From the NCBI GenBank assembly GCA_031425635.1, contig JANPJT010000019.1:1-51118 (forward strand): a DNA stretch of 51,118 nt, given 5' to 3'. The first letter of the stretch is position 1, and every line of letters begins with the position of its first letter. The notes under the pieces are model-generated. The model did no database searches, had not been told where the DNA came from, and saw only the letters and a list, made by a program, of their open reading frames with translations. The position numbers and the translations under genes are program-made. Positions 39,068-48,308 of this stretch are shown piece by piece. The DNA comes from Pseudomonadota bacterium (GTDB taxonomy: Bacteria > Bdellovibrionota > FAC87 > UBA2466).

Positions 39068-39774
39068 AGTCGAAACCCAAAGTAGAGCTCGAACCCCATA
39101 ATCGTGTTTTCACCGCCGACTCGGTTAATTCCCCACTTAAAGTCGACCATAAACGGGTTGAATTCGAACCCTGCCCCGATAAGGACCGTCGGTAAAAAAA
39201 GGATCTCCTCGGTGGAGTTGGCTGATGCCGTTCGGTACCAAACCGCGCCACTCGCGCCGATCCCCAGGCCCAAGCTTGCTTTGTCCGATAGGCGGAACAT
39301 GTGACGCACCATCCCATCGAAGCTAAATACGTGGATGGATGAAAGGATGTATTTGTAGCCCACCATCCCCCGGAGCATTAGCGGAATGTTCTCATCCAGC
39401 TCCGAGTAGTCGTGGTCAAAATACACACCGGCCTGAAACCCGAAATCTTTGAAGTACTCTCCAGTCGGGGCGCCAGTGGAAGCGTTGATGCGCGGTTCGA
39501 TATAAAAATTCCCACCGCCTGCAAAGCCGACGTGAAACACCCCTGCGTCGGATCGTGGGCTGTCATCCGTGAAGTATTTTCGCTTTTCGACAGGTTCGTT
39601 TCTCTTTCGGAACTTTCGAGCAGGCTGTGCTTTCGCGGGGGCTTCCGGAACGGCAGCGGGCTCGCTGGGTCTGTCGGCATAAGGATCTTCTTCGAGGTAG
39701 TCGCTGGTTTCTGCCCAAGCGCAAGCAGCGCCCACTAAGAAAAAACAGAGTACCGTTCGGTGAATAAGCCCCAT
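39064..39774 (-). CDS. Outer-membrane beta-barrel protein (OmpA-like/porin-family barrel)
   Basis: 236 aa. Signal peptide MGLIHRTVLCFFLVGAACAWA, a Pro/Glu-rich linker, then alternating beta-strand pattern ending ELYFGFRL. Confidence 0.65.
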   Translation of the reverse strand: MGLIHRTVLCFFLVGAACAWAETSDYLEEDPYADRPSEPAAVPEAPAKAQPARKFRKRNEPVEKRKYFTDDSPRSDAGVFHVGFAGGGNFYIEPRINASTGAPTGEYFKDFGFQAGVYFDHDYSELDENIPLMLRGMVGYKYILSSIHVFSFDGMVRHMFRLSDKASLGLGIGASGAVWYRTASANSTEEILFLPTVLIGAGFEFNPFMVDFKWGINRVGGENTIMGFELYFGFRL

Positions 39775-39909
39775 AGATTCGCCCCCAAGACCCTAATGCT
39801 AACGGAAAAAAATTGCTTTGCAAAACAAAGGTTTGGGCCTCTTTGGCGCTCTCAGCGAAAGCAATTCTTGGTTTTCATTTTCGAAAAGTGTTAAAGCCTC
39901 AGCCCATAG

Positions 39910-40476
39910 ATGAAGCGCTTTAAACTTTCTTTGGGCTGCTGCGGCTTACTGCTGGCCTTTCCCCGCGCTTCGCTCGCCAAAATTTCACTGGACGTGGGGG
40001 CGTATCGGGAGAGTCTTGCGCAATCTCAAATGGTCGCGAAGCGGGGCCTTTGGTCGGGCGTAGGGCGAATCCGGCTCGACGTCCCCGTGGGGCCAGTGGC
40101 TTTTGAACCGTCGCTCGCGCTTTGTACTCCCCGACCTTTGGATTCTGAAGGGACTCGTTTGGCTTTTACCGCGCTGACGGGGCTCGATTTTGCTTTCCCG
40201 CTCAGCTCTTGGCTCCGACTCAGAGTGGGGCCGGGAGTCGAGCTAAGCTTAGCAGTGAGCGAAGAACGCGCTGTTGTGTTGCGCAACGGCGAATCGAGTT
40301 CCGTTTTTTATTCTCCCGGAGGCTCCGCTTTTTCGCTTCGGTTTCTGGTAGAGGCGGGCCTCGAGTTTCCACTGGGAGAAGGTTATTCCTTAGGTGTGGA
40401 TTTTTTTGTTTCTGAGCTTTTTGCAGAACGCACAAGGCGCTTGCATACTTTGGGCTATTTGGGGATGAGTCTTTAG
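39910..40476 (+). CDS. Small outer-membrane beta-barrel protein (hypothetical)
   Basis: 188 aa. Signal peptide MKRFKLSLGCCGLLLAFPRASLA followed by alternating hydrophobic strands. Its stop is 1 nt before the matrixin start. Confidence 0.55.
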   Translation: MKRFKLSLGCCGLLLAFPRASLAKISLDVGAYRESLAQSQMVAKRGLWSGVGRIRLDVPVGPVAFEPSLALCTPRPLDSEGTRLAFTALTGLDFAFPLSSWLRLRVGPGVELSLAVSEERAVVLRNGESSSVFYSPGGSAFSLRFLVEAGLEFPLGEGYSLGVDFFVSELFAERTRRLHTLGYLGMSL

Positions 40477-40477
40477 T

Positions 40478-41221
40478 ATGAAAAGGGCACTCTTTTTTTT
40501 TACGGCCCTGGCTAGCTCGGCCGGCTTTGCTTGGACGTTGGCAGCTCCGGGGGTCAGCGGCTGGTCTTCGCCGCAGATCGAAGTTCAGTACGATTTCTCG
40601 CTTTGCTCCACTTCCGAAAAGGATCTTCTTTCTGCGCTCGATCAGGCGGTGGAAGTGTGGAACGGCGTGGAGGGTTCTTCGTTGCGGATGAGCCGGGCCA
40701 GAGCAGCGATACTGACGTCTCCCGAAGAGTTTTCTAACCGACAGACATCGCCCACCCCCGTGGTTTTTTGCGACCCCAGCTTTCAGTCGCGGCAATCCTT
40801 GAACGCCCATTCTATTCCGGCCGCTACAAGGACCGGTTCCAAGGCGGGCCACTTAGTGTATTCGGGCGTTGTTTTGAATGCCGAAACCGGAAGCCGCGCG
40901 AATGTCGGAGAGCTACGGAGCGATAAACTGGCGCTCGTTTTAGCCCATGAACTCGGACACGCGCTTGGTCTTGGGCATAGCGGGGACCCTTCCGCCTTGA
41001 TGTATTTTAGTCTCGACTCTCGGAGCGGGCTTGAGCTTTCGCAAGACGATCAAGAAGGCGTCCGTTTTCTGTATGCCCGCAATGAGCTCCTCGGGGGGCC
41101 CTTTGGTTGTGCTTCCGCCGCACCCCAAGGCCGCACCGGTTTTGCGTGGCTAGGTCTTTTCCTTTTTTGTGCTACCGCGGTTGGCAGGGGGTGGCATAGC
41201 CGCCCATCCACCCGTCCCTGA
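40478..41221 (+). CDS. Matrixin-family (M10) zinc metalloprotease with a C-terminal Gly-Cys/TM/basic tail
   Basis: 247 aa. Signal peptide, then the zinc site and Met-turn in LAHELGHALGLGHSGDPSALMY. The C-terminus is GCASAAPQGRTGFAWLGLFLFCATAVGRGWHSRPSTRP. Confidence 0.85.
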   Translation: MKRALFFFTALASSAGFAWTLAAPGVSGWSSPQIEVQYDFSLCSTSEKDLLSALDQAVEVWNGVEGSSLRMSRARAAILTSPEEFSNRQTSPTPVVFCDPSFQSRQSLNAHSIPAATRTGSKAGHLVYSGVVLNAETGSRANVGELRSDKLALVLAHELGHALGLGHSGDPSALMYFSLDSRSGLELSQDDQEGVRFLYARNELLGGPFGCASAAPQGRTGFAWLGLFLFCATAVGRGWHSRPSTRP

Positions 41222-41232
41222 AGCTCCGCGGT

Positions 41233-41895
41233 CTAGTAACCCAACCCTATTTTTTTACGATCAAACGTTTTTTCGGTTGCTGCACGAAGCATGAAGTGCG
41301 CGGTATCGGCACGGGAAATATTCATCGCCTTTCCCTTGAAGCGGTCGACGCATTGGTAAACTCCCGTTTTGGGGCCGTTGTTCAGCATTCCCGGGCGAGC
41401 CACCACCCATTGCACTTTGGAAGCGTCGAAGAGGTTTTCGGTGCGCTCGTGATCGGCGTACGAAAACGCAATCAGCAAAGGCTTTAGCAACTTTCCAAAA
41501 AACCACGGGAGGTCGCCGCTTGTCTCGTGTGTCCCGTAGGCGCTGCAATAAACAATTTTGGTAAGGTTTTTTCCTTCCGCAGCGGTCCGGATAAGGCTTT
41601 CAACGGCAGCCGAAATAAAAAGCCCGGGCAGGTATTTTCCGAGACCGAGGCGAGCTTTTAACTGTTGGCCGATACTCCTGTGGCCCAGCGCGACCAAAAT
41701 GGTCTCTTGTTTAGAGGCCCAGGCCACGAGCGCTTTTGGATCGGAAAGAGAGCCTTCGGTCACTTTCGCTTTGGGGTGGCTCGCGAGCTTTCCGCGGTTC
41801 CGAACGAAACAATCCACATCGTGTCCCGCCGAAATCGCTTGTTCTACAATCGCCAGACCTGTTGCACCCGTAGCGCCCAATACCCCTATTTTCAT
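41233..41895 (-). CDS. NAD(P)H-binding atypical SDR (flavin reductase / biliverdin-IXbeta reductase BLVRB-like)
   Basis: 220 aa. MKIGVLGATGATGLAIVEQAISAGHDVDCFVRN is a Rossmann motif. The C-terminal ISRADTAHFMLRAAT resembles ISKHDLGHFMLRCLT as I recall it from human BLVRB. Confidence 0.7.
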   Translation of the reverse strand: MKIGVLGATGATGLAIVEQAISAGHDVDCFVRNRGKLASHPKAKVTEGSLSDPKALVAWASKQETILVALGHRSIGQQLKARLGLGKYLPGLFISAAVESLIRTAAEGKNLTKIVYCSAYGTHETSGDLPWFFGKLLKPLLIAFSYADHERTENLFDASKVQWVVARPGMLNNGPKTGVYQCVDRFKGKAMNISRADTAHFMLRAATEKTFDRKKIGLGY

Positions 41896-42061
41896 AAAAA
41901 CCCCCTGATGGATTCTAAACGAGCTCGGCGCGGATGCGAAGAAGGTTCTTCTTCAGGTTCCAACCGCCACACGGAAGGGGGTGGTAAGCCCTTTCGGACC
42001 GCCTGGCTGCGTGTCGTTAGCGGGTAAATCCCGCTCATTCCAAATGCCGTAGCGCAGAGCG

Positions 42062-43549
42062 CTATTTGCGATCGTCTCTTTCGTGAAAAAGCGTAACCCC
42101 ACTGATGGTTCGGTATTCTCGCATCCCTTGAGCGCCCCCATAATGGTTAGTCGCACGTTCCAAGGTGCGAGCGATCAATTCGGTCCAGGTAAAACCGCTC
42201 GCGTGCGTTAAGGTTGCGCCCAGGTAAATGCGCCAACGGGTGGCGGGAAAACGGTTCGGCGATTTCCCGCTTTGATAGGTCCGGTGGAAACTGATGGTGT
42301 TGATTGACGCGAAACTTCGACCGGAACTGCCGGCAAACAACTCGTCGCTCATTTGTTTCCAGAGTTCTTTCTTGTCGGGGGACTGCTCAAGCGTTTTGTC
42401 CCCAAAATCGCACGAAATATAAACCAAAACCGGATCGGGGCTGTCGAAATCAACCGGTGAGAGCTTTGCAGGCTTAGCCTGCGAAAATCTTTCTTGAGAA
42501 GCGCCCAAAATAAAATCCCCAGCGGTTCCATGCGCAATGAGAATGACGATATCCGAGTGTCCCACCTTTTGGAGCTCACGTTTTAACTCTTCTTTTGAAC
42601 CGACAAGTGCTTCGTGTAAATTGCCCGAGGCAGCCCGGATTGCCTGCAGCTCCGCTATCCCAAGAAAGGGGTTCGTTTCGAGGGTCGCGCCTTTCGGGTC
42701 ACGGTTTCCCGACGGGATATTCTGCAAGAACTTTTGGTCGATCAAAATAGCGATCCGTTTCCCTTCCCACACCACGCCGCCCTTTTCAGCGATATCGAGA
42801 AAATACTGATCCAGAGGATAAACTGGCTCGGCCACCATTTCTCCGGCGATTTGAACCGGGTGAAGGTGGCTGGTAACAAGGGCAAGGCTGATCAAAAAGG
42901 GCCTCAGGAGGCTGCCCATCCCTGCGACGTGCAGACGATCACCCCAGTCCTCGGGATGGGGCGTGAAAAGAAGGGCAATCACCTTATCGAAGTAGGGGTC
43001 AGCCACCAGAATCCCCAGCGCTGCAATATGATTGGAATACTGGCCCAAGAAATCTTTCGACGATTTGAAAAATGCAATGAACTGAGCGTTCGCCTTGTAA
43101 AGGTGCCCGGGCCTGAAAAGAAAAGGCGACGAAGCCCAGACAAACTCCTTTACCCAAAATCGCCCAAAGTCCGTTGCTTTATCGGTCAGATTGCGTAGCT
43201 CTCGGTGGCGATACGAAAATTCAGAAGGCGCACCGGCCGAAACCCGCACTGTTCTCCAAGACAAAACTTCCGCCGCTCTGGCGAACATCGCCGCGCTTTT
43301 TGGGTGAAGGCTCCACTTTTTTCCTTCAGCAGACACCAAACGGGCAAGCGCGATCGCCCCACCGCGGACATCCCCCTTCGCACGCGCGGTTTGGTAAACT
43401 TCCATCCAATCGGTGCCGCGAAGCAGGTTTCCACAGCCAGCCAACCACTTTTGCGCAGGCCAGGCCGAATGAAGCTCAAGGGAGAGAAGAAGAGAAAAAG
43501 AAAGCGCGACGCGAAGAAGACGACTATTTAACGTTCGAGCCCCAGCCAT
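42062..43549 (-). CDS. Secreted hypothetical protein with a CHAT/caspase-like His-Gly ... Cys dyad
   Basis: 495 aa. N-terminal signal-like segment LLRVALSFSLLLSLELHSA. The C-terminal third has RIAILID ... DIVILIAHGTAGDF ... (38 aa) ... PVLVYISCDFG, which is the strand-HG / strand-C spacing seen in clan CD peptidases. Confidence 0.35.
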   Translation of the reverse strand: MAGARTLNSRLLRVALSFSLLLSLELHSAWPAQKWLAGCGNLLRGTDWMEVYQTARAKGDVRGGAIALARLVSAEGKKWSLHPKSAAMFARAAEVLSWRTVRVSAGAPSEFSYRHRELRNLTDKATDFGRFWVKEFVWASSPFLFRPGHLYKANAQFIAFFKSSKDFLGQYSNHIAALGILVADPYFDKVIALLFTPHPEDWGDRLHVAGMGSLLRPFLISLALVTSHLHPVQIAGEMVAEPVYPLDQYFLDIAEKGGVVWEGKRIAILIDQKFLQNIPSGNRDPKGATLETNPFLGIAELQAIRAASGNLHEALVGSKEELKRELQKVGHSDIVILIAHGTAGDFILGASQERFSQAKPAKLSPVDFDSPDPVLVYISCDFGDKTLEQSPDKKELWKQMSDELFAGSSGRSFASINTISFHRTYQSGKSPNRFPATRWRIYLGATLTHASGFTWTELIARTLERATNHYGGAQGMREYRTISGVTLFHERDDRK

Positions 43550-43556
43550 CCAATCA

Positions 43557-44111
43557 TCAGACCTGTACGACTTCGCGGATTTCGGGGATGGCGTCTTTTA
43601 AGCGAGTTTCAACGCCCATTTTTAGGGTCGCTGAAGAATGGGAGCAGCTGCTGCACGATCCGCGCATTTCTAAGTAGACGACGCCGTCTTCGTACCGATC
43701 GAAAGTGATGTCTCCGCCATCCATTGCCACTGCCGGACGGATGTCGGTGTCGAGGATCTCTTTTATGCGCTGCTCGATCTCGGTCCCTGCGCCCACTTTG
43801 GAGGTTTCTTCGAAGTCGGCATCAAAAAGCGGTTTTCCGGAGTTTAAGAAAGCGTCTAAAGTGGCCGGAACGCGATCCGCCAAAACATCCCAATCACCGG
43901 TCATTGCTTTGGTGATGGTCACAAACTGAGTCCCCACCATCACGGCTTCCACCCCAGGCACTTCGAAAAGAGCCAGGACGAGCGGCGCTTTTGCTGCCTT
44001 AGCGGCGCTGGTGAAGTTGAAGGCGCCTTTTTCCAAAAGCGTCCGATTCACGACGAATTTCAAAGTGTTGGGATTCGGAGTGAATTCGAGGTTAATGCTA
44101 ATCGCGTCCAT
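43557..44111 (-). CDS. nfuA: NifU/Nfu-type Fe-S cluster assembly scaffold (Nfu_N + NifU C-terminal domain)
   Basis: 184 aa. TPNPNTLKF marks the N-terminal domain, and IRPAVAMDGGDITF...GSCSSCSHSSATLK carries the CxxC motif. Confidence 0.85.
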   Translation of the reverse strand: MDAISINLEFTPNPNTLKFVVNRTLLEKGAFNFTSAAKAAKAPLVLALFEVPGVEAVMVGTQFVTITKAMTGDWDVLADRVPATLDAFLNSGKPLFDADFEETSKVGAGTEIEQRIKEILDTDIRPAVAMDGGDITFDRYEDGVVYLEMRGSCSSCSHSSATLKMGVETRLKDAIPEIREVVQV

Positions 44112-44258
44112 GCAAGCCTTCTTTCTAGGGGCTGTTTACCATAATTTTACCACCAAACAAGCGTGCGAAAGTAAGTGCTTGAAATGAATGCAGTAGGCCG
44201 CTAGCTAAGGCTTGGCTGGCAAGGGTCTGCGGGCTCCTCGAAAAGAACAAGGTAACTG

Positions 44259-46178
44259 GTGCGAATCGCTCTTCTATTGGCTTTCTACCCCGCTTTTGTA
44301 TGGCCCGCGGAAACGGTGCTGGACCCGGTGAGGATTCAAGAGGGTAGGGTACTGAACCCCAGGCCCGTTGACTCGACCGAATTCCCTGGCCGCAGCCTGG
44401 CAGTGGAACCCGAAGGAGAAAGCTCGCTCACTAGGCTGCTCTCTCGATCGCTTGGTGTAAGCGTTCAAAAAAATGGAGGCGACGAGAGCTTCGGCGGCGC
44501 GGTGCTTCGAGGGCAAGACCCAGTCCAATCTCGAACCTTTCTCAACGCCATCCCCATGACCGACGCCCTTTTTAACCAGTCGAATCTGGGGTGGATTCCA
44601 GTGGAAGCACTGGAGCGAGTCGATCTGTTTCCCGAGGGCATACCGGCGCTGTATGGCGGCGATGGGCTGGGCGGCGCGATCGCGCTGACGCTTCTGCCGC
44701 CCGAAGCCGGGAGAAGCTTCGTTGGTTCGCGAGTGGGTTCTCTGGGGGCTGCGCGGGTGTTTGGTCGCGCGGCGACGGGGGGCGCATCGGTTTTCTTGGA
44801 AGCGAGCCGCGCTACCGAAGACTTCTGGTACAGGGATTCGAATTCGACGCCTCTTTTTCCAAATGACGACGTCATGCGCCAGCGAACGCACAACGGCCAG
44901 CAGCACTTTTCTGTGATTCCCCAGGCCACGCTTCTAAAGAACCGTTCGGGCCGAATCGACGCCATGAGTTTTCATACTGTCCGCAAGAACGAGGTTCCCG
45001 GCGCGGTAGGCGTGGAAAACGGCGGAGAGCTCCAGACCAGTTTCCATTTGGCCGCTCTTCAAGGAGAGCACCCGCTGGGTGCCGAAAGCTCGGTGGGTTG
45101 GACGGCATTTGGATCGCTTGGGTCGAGCGAGTTTAAAGGCGCAACCGAGCTTGCCGCCTTACAAACGGGGGGGGCGCGTACGGTCCAAGCAGGCGTGGGA
45201 AGTCGGTATAGCTTGGTTCCGGCCGCGGGGCCCGTTGCATTGCAACTAAGTGCTTCGGCGTATGGGGAAGGCGCGGAAATTTTCTCGATTGGTTCCCAAC
45301 TTCTTCAAGTCCGCCGGGTGACTTTGCCCATGGGGGTATCGGCGGTGGTTCGGCCATCAAAGCAGTGGACGCTCAAGCCCGCAGTGTTTGTGCAGGCTGA
45401 AACTTCCCGGCCGCTTGCCGATGTTTCTCCGAGAGTGGCGATTGAATGGGCGCTCGGAAAAAACACTCAGGTCCGAGCGCTCGGCGGGCGGTTTTTTAGG
45501 TTTCCCACGCTTTCGGAAACGCATGGCGCGCCGTCACGCATTGCGCCCAACTTGGCGCTGCGCCCGGAACGCGCTTGGAAGGCAGAAGTGGGACTCGACA
45601 CTCAGGCGAGGCTATCCGAACTGCTCGCGGAATTCTCGGCGACACTCTCGGCCGCGGTTGCCGAAGATCTCATTGTGCTGCAATCGCACTCCCAGTCTAG
45701 CTTCATTGCCCAGAATGTTGGCCTGAGCCAGATTGTTTCCCCCGAAGTAGGCATTCAGTTATTGCAAGGCAACTGGCTTTTAAAACTCCAAGGGTCGGGC
45801 CTCTTTGCCGAGAACCTGACGCCGGTCCCCGCCTACTTTGGCAAGTGGTTGCCCATGCGGCCAAGGTTCCGGGGCGGCCTTGAAGCCGAATGGAAAAACG
45901 GGCCTTGGAAAGTGAGCTACTCGCTTCAAGCGACGGGGCCGCTCTTTGCCGATTCGGCCAATTCTCGCTTGGTGGGGAGTTACTTCGAGCACAGCGTGTG
46001 GGGTTCCTGGTCTACTAAAGGGCTGGGCGTCTGGCTTCTTGAGTTGCGCAACCTGACAGACGCCACTATGGTCGCCGGACAAGAGTGGGACTTTAGCTTG
46101 AACCAAAACGTCACGGGGCTTTCTGGTTTTCCCTCGCCGGGCAGAAGGCTTTTTCTCACGTGGAGAATGACCCTATGA
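44259..46178 (+). CDS. TonB-dependent outer-membrane receptor
   Basis: 639 aa with a GTG start and a signal peptide. The plug region is LLSRSLGVSVQKNGGDESFGGAVLRGQDPVQSRTFLNAIPMTD, followed by a long beta-barrel ending GRRLFLTWRMTL. Confidence 0.8.
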   Translation: MRIALLLAFYPAFVWPAETVLDPVRIQEGRVLNPRPVDSTEFPGRSLAVEPEGESSLTRLLSRSLGVSVQKNGGDESFGGAVLRGQDPVQSRTFLNAIPMTDALFNQSNLGWIPVEALERVDLFPEGIPALYGGDGLGGAIALTLLPPEAGRSFVGSRVGSLGAARVFGRAATGGASVFLEASRATEDFWYRDSNSTPLFPNDDVMRQRTHNGQQHFSVIPQATLLKNRSGRIDAMSFHTVRKNEVPGAVGVENGGELQTSFHLAALQGEHPLGAESSVGWTAFGSLGSSEFKGATELAALQTGGARTVQAGVGSRYSLVPAAGPVALQLSASAYGEGAEIFSIGSQLLQVRRVTLPMGVSAVVRPSKQWTLKPAVFVQAETSRPLADVSPRVAIEWALGKNTQVRALGGRFFRFPTLSETHGAPSRIAPNLALRPERAWKAEVGLDTQARLSELLAEFSATLSAAVAEDLIVLQSHSQSSFIAQNVGLSQIVSPEVGIQLLQGNWLLKLQGSGLFAENLTPVPAYFGKWLPMRPRFRGGLEAEWKNGPWKVSYSLQATGPLFADSANSRLVGSYFEHSVWGSWSTKGLGVWLLELRNLTDATMVAGQEWDFSLNQNVTGLSGFPSPGRRLFLTWRMTL

Positions 46179-47278
46179 AAATGCTTGCGGCCTGCGCCTT
46201 CTTTTTTGTGCTTCTAGGGTGCCAGCGCTCCTTTAACTTAGACAGAACGTTGGGAGGGCGTCCGTTTGTTAAAGGGGCTCGGAACTCGCTGTATTTTTTT
46301 GCGACGGACTTTACAACCTCGGGTGTGCGTCGCTTGGATCTCGAAACGGGTACCTTAGACCCCTTTGTGCTCCCGTCGCTTTCGGATGGTTCGTTGGGGT
46401 TTGATTTTCTGTCGAAGTCTCTGATTGTCATAAACCGAGGCGCGGCGGACCACCTTTCTATTTCCAATCCCGAGTTTTCCGCTGTGGTTCGCCAAATCGC
46501 GCTCCCGCCGTCTTCCAACCCCCAAGATGTTGAAGTGCTCGATCATTCGGAAGCCTATGTTTCTTACCTTCACTCTGCCCGAGTGGACCGATTCAACCTC
46601 CGAACGGGCGAGAGAACCATGGGTGGCATCGACTTAAGCGAATGGAGTGATAGCGACCGCTACCCGGAAGCCACCTACTTCTTTAAGCACAATGGAAATG
46701 TTTGGCTCACGCTCCAAAGACTCAACAACGAGACATACAAACCTGTAGGAAAGAGTTTCTTGATAAGTCTCGATCCGGCAAAAGACGCAGTCTCGAGGGT
46801 AATCGATCTCCACTTTGCGAACCCGCACGGAGAAATCCGCAGTTTTAAGAATGCGATGTATGTGGGTGGAGCAGGAAAAATGGGACTTAATGAACCGGTG
46901 CTCGATGGCGGGATTGAGAAATTTGGGGGAGAGCCGCTGGTTTCCCAAGGGGTTGTCGCAACAGAGCAAGTTTTTAAGGGGGATCTGCTTGATTTTTGCG
47001 TGGTAGCGGAGAACGCTGGCTTTGCGATTGTCGCCCGCCCTAAAACGGAATTGGTTTTCTTTGATCCTGCTGGTGGTACTTCCCCTCGGACTTTGCTCCA
47101 AGGCGAAACCTTCCAGTTTAGCCACCTTTTGGTCGACGACGAACGCGGGCTCGTGTTTGTGACGGACCGGAAGATGAACGACCCGGGCATTCGGGTCTTC
47201 GATTTTCAGGGAGTGGAACAAGAGGGGCAACGGATTAGAGTAGCTCTGCCTCCGCTGCGTCTTCTACTAGGTCCTTAA
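46175..47278 (+). CDS. Lipoprotein, probable beta-propeller (YncE-like) partner of the TonB-dependent receptor
   Basis: 367 aa from MKMLAACAFFFVLLGCQ (lipobox LLGC). Its ATG overlaps the receptor stop (ATGA at 46175-46178). The body has a repeated strand-rich pattern. Confidence 0.6.
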   Translation: MKMLAACAFFFVLLGCQRSFNLDRTLGGRPFVKGARNSLYFFATDFTTSGVRRLDLETGTLDPFVLPSLSDGSLGFDFLSKSLIVINRGAADHLSISNPEFSAVVRQIALPPSSNPQDVEVLDHSEAYVSYLHSARVDRFNLRTGERTMGGIDLSEWSDSDRYPEATYFFKHNGNVWLTLQRLNNETYKPVGKSFLISLDPAKDAVSRVIDLHFANPHGEIRSFKNAMYVGGAGKMGLNEPVLDGGIEKFGGEPLVSQGVVATEQVFKGDLLDFCVVAENAGFAIVARPKTELVFFDPAGGTSPRTLLQGETFQFSHLLVDDERGLVFVTDRKMNDPGIRVFDFQGVEQEGQRIRVALPPLRLLLGP

Positions 47279-47305
47279 GGGGTGGTCCTCAGTTGGTGCG
47301 AGCGG

Positions 47306-48286
47306 TTAGGGGCGCCGTCGCCCGTCGCCGCCTCGGAAACTGATTTGGGGCGACGCTTCGGTCCTTAAAATGAAATCCCAACGGATCCGCACGTAACCGT
47401 CCGGATCAATCATCCCAGCAGGTGGGTTAGGGAAGGGGGCTGCCTGCTTAAATGCCTCCATGGCTGCGTCGTCTAGCTCTTGTAGCCCGCTTGATCCCAT
47501 CCGCGTAATCCGCGCAACAGCCCCGGATTGATCGAGTGTCACGACTACTTGGGTGACAAGTTCGGCGTCGCGCATCTGGGTACCACGGCTCCAAAGCATC
47601 GCGAGCTTCCGTTCGACGTTTGGCTTCCAGTACTGGCGGAGTGTTTCTTTGATCCGATGGTAATAGGAAAAAAACTTAAACTCCCGTGTGCTTAAAACAG
47701 TCCGGTCGCCTTTTGCAACCTCCGCAAGCCGATCGTCTGTTGCCGCGGTGGGACCGCCGTTGCCGCCAAGCCCTAAGTCCCGCAGAGTGAGCGTTTTCCA
47801 ATTTCGTTTGATCCCTGCGGGTTTTTTGGCGTCGGCGTCCGCAGAGGTTCCGAGTTCCTGATCGCGGTTAGGTACTTCGGATTCTCCCGTGGGGGGAGGG
47901 GTATTGGCGCGTGAAAGGGAATTTTTCATCCCTGTCCCTTGCTTCTTTCTAAAATCATCGACTAATTGCGCTTTTGTTTGCCTCTCGGCTTTCTGATTTT
48001 TCTCACTCAGAAACTGCGCGTCCGGATCGATTTCACTGTTCTCCAGCTTTTCGGTTTCGGCGACTTCGGGTTCCGCCTTTTTCTTTGTTTTTGGAAGCGG
48101 GGGCAGCTTGGCCACTTCCTCGGGAGTGAGCTCCGCAATTTCGACGGGAGAGTTCGCTGGAGGCATGTAGGGTGCGTACTCTTTGCGGCGAGGGTAAAAA
48201 AGCAGGCCGTGTGCAAGCAGCGAGAGCAAAACAAACCACTGGATCCGCGAGGGGCGATAACGCTGCAATGTGCGCTTACGGTTCAA
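47306..48286 (-). CDS. tonB: TonB-family energy transducer
   Basis: 326 aa. N-terminal TM WFVLLSLLAHGLLFY, a Pro/Lys/Glu-rich spacer, and a C-terminal TonB domain VVVTLDQSGAVARITRMGSSGLQELDDAAMEAFKQAAPFPNPP. TTG start. Confidence 0.82.
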   Translation of the reverse strand: MNRKRTLQRYRPSRIQWFVLLSLLAHGLLFYPRRKEYAPYMPPANSPVEIAELTPEEVAKLPPLPKTKKKAEPEVAETEKLENSEIDPDAQFLSEKNQKAERQTKAQLVDDFRKKQGTGMKNSLSRANTPPPTGESEVPNRDQELGTSADADAKKPAGIKRNWKTLTLRDLGLGGNGGPTAATDDRLAEVAKGDRTVLSTREFKFFSYYHRIKETLRQYWKPNVERKLAMLWSRGTQMRDAELVTQVVVTLDQSGAVARITRMGSSGLQELDDAAMEAFKQAAPFPNPPAGMIDPDGYVRIRWDFILRTEASPQISFRGGDGRRRP

Positions 48287-48291
48287 ACCCG

Positions 48292-48308
48292 TCTCCTATT
48301 GTAGGAGA
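48292..48308 (-). promoter_or_regulatory. Perfect 7-bp hairpin sequestering the tonB Shine-Dalgarno sequence
   Basis: The minus-strand RNA reads UCUCCUA caa UAGGAGA, then cgggu, then the UUG start. The AGGAG lies entirely in the 3' arm. Confidence 0.4.

Noticed and set aside
44112-44258. Fur box upstream of the TonB-dependent receptor
   Set aside because: Only short AT-rich fragments (GAAATGAATGCA) were found, with no 19-bp GATAATGATAATCATTATC-like palindrome.
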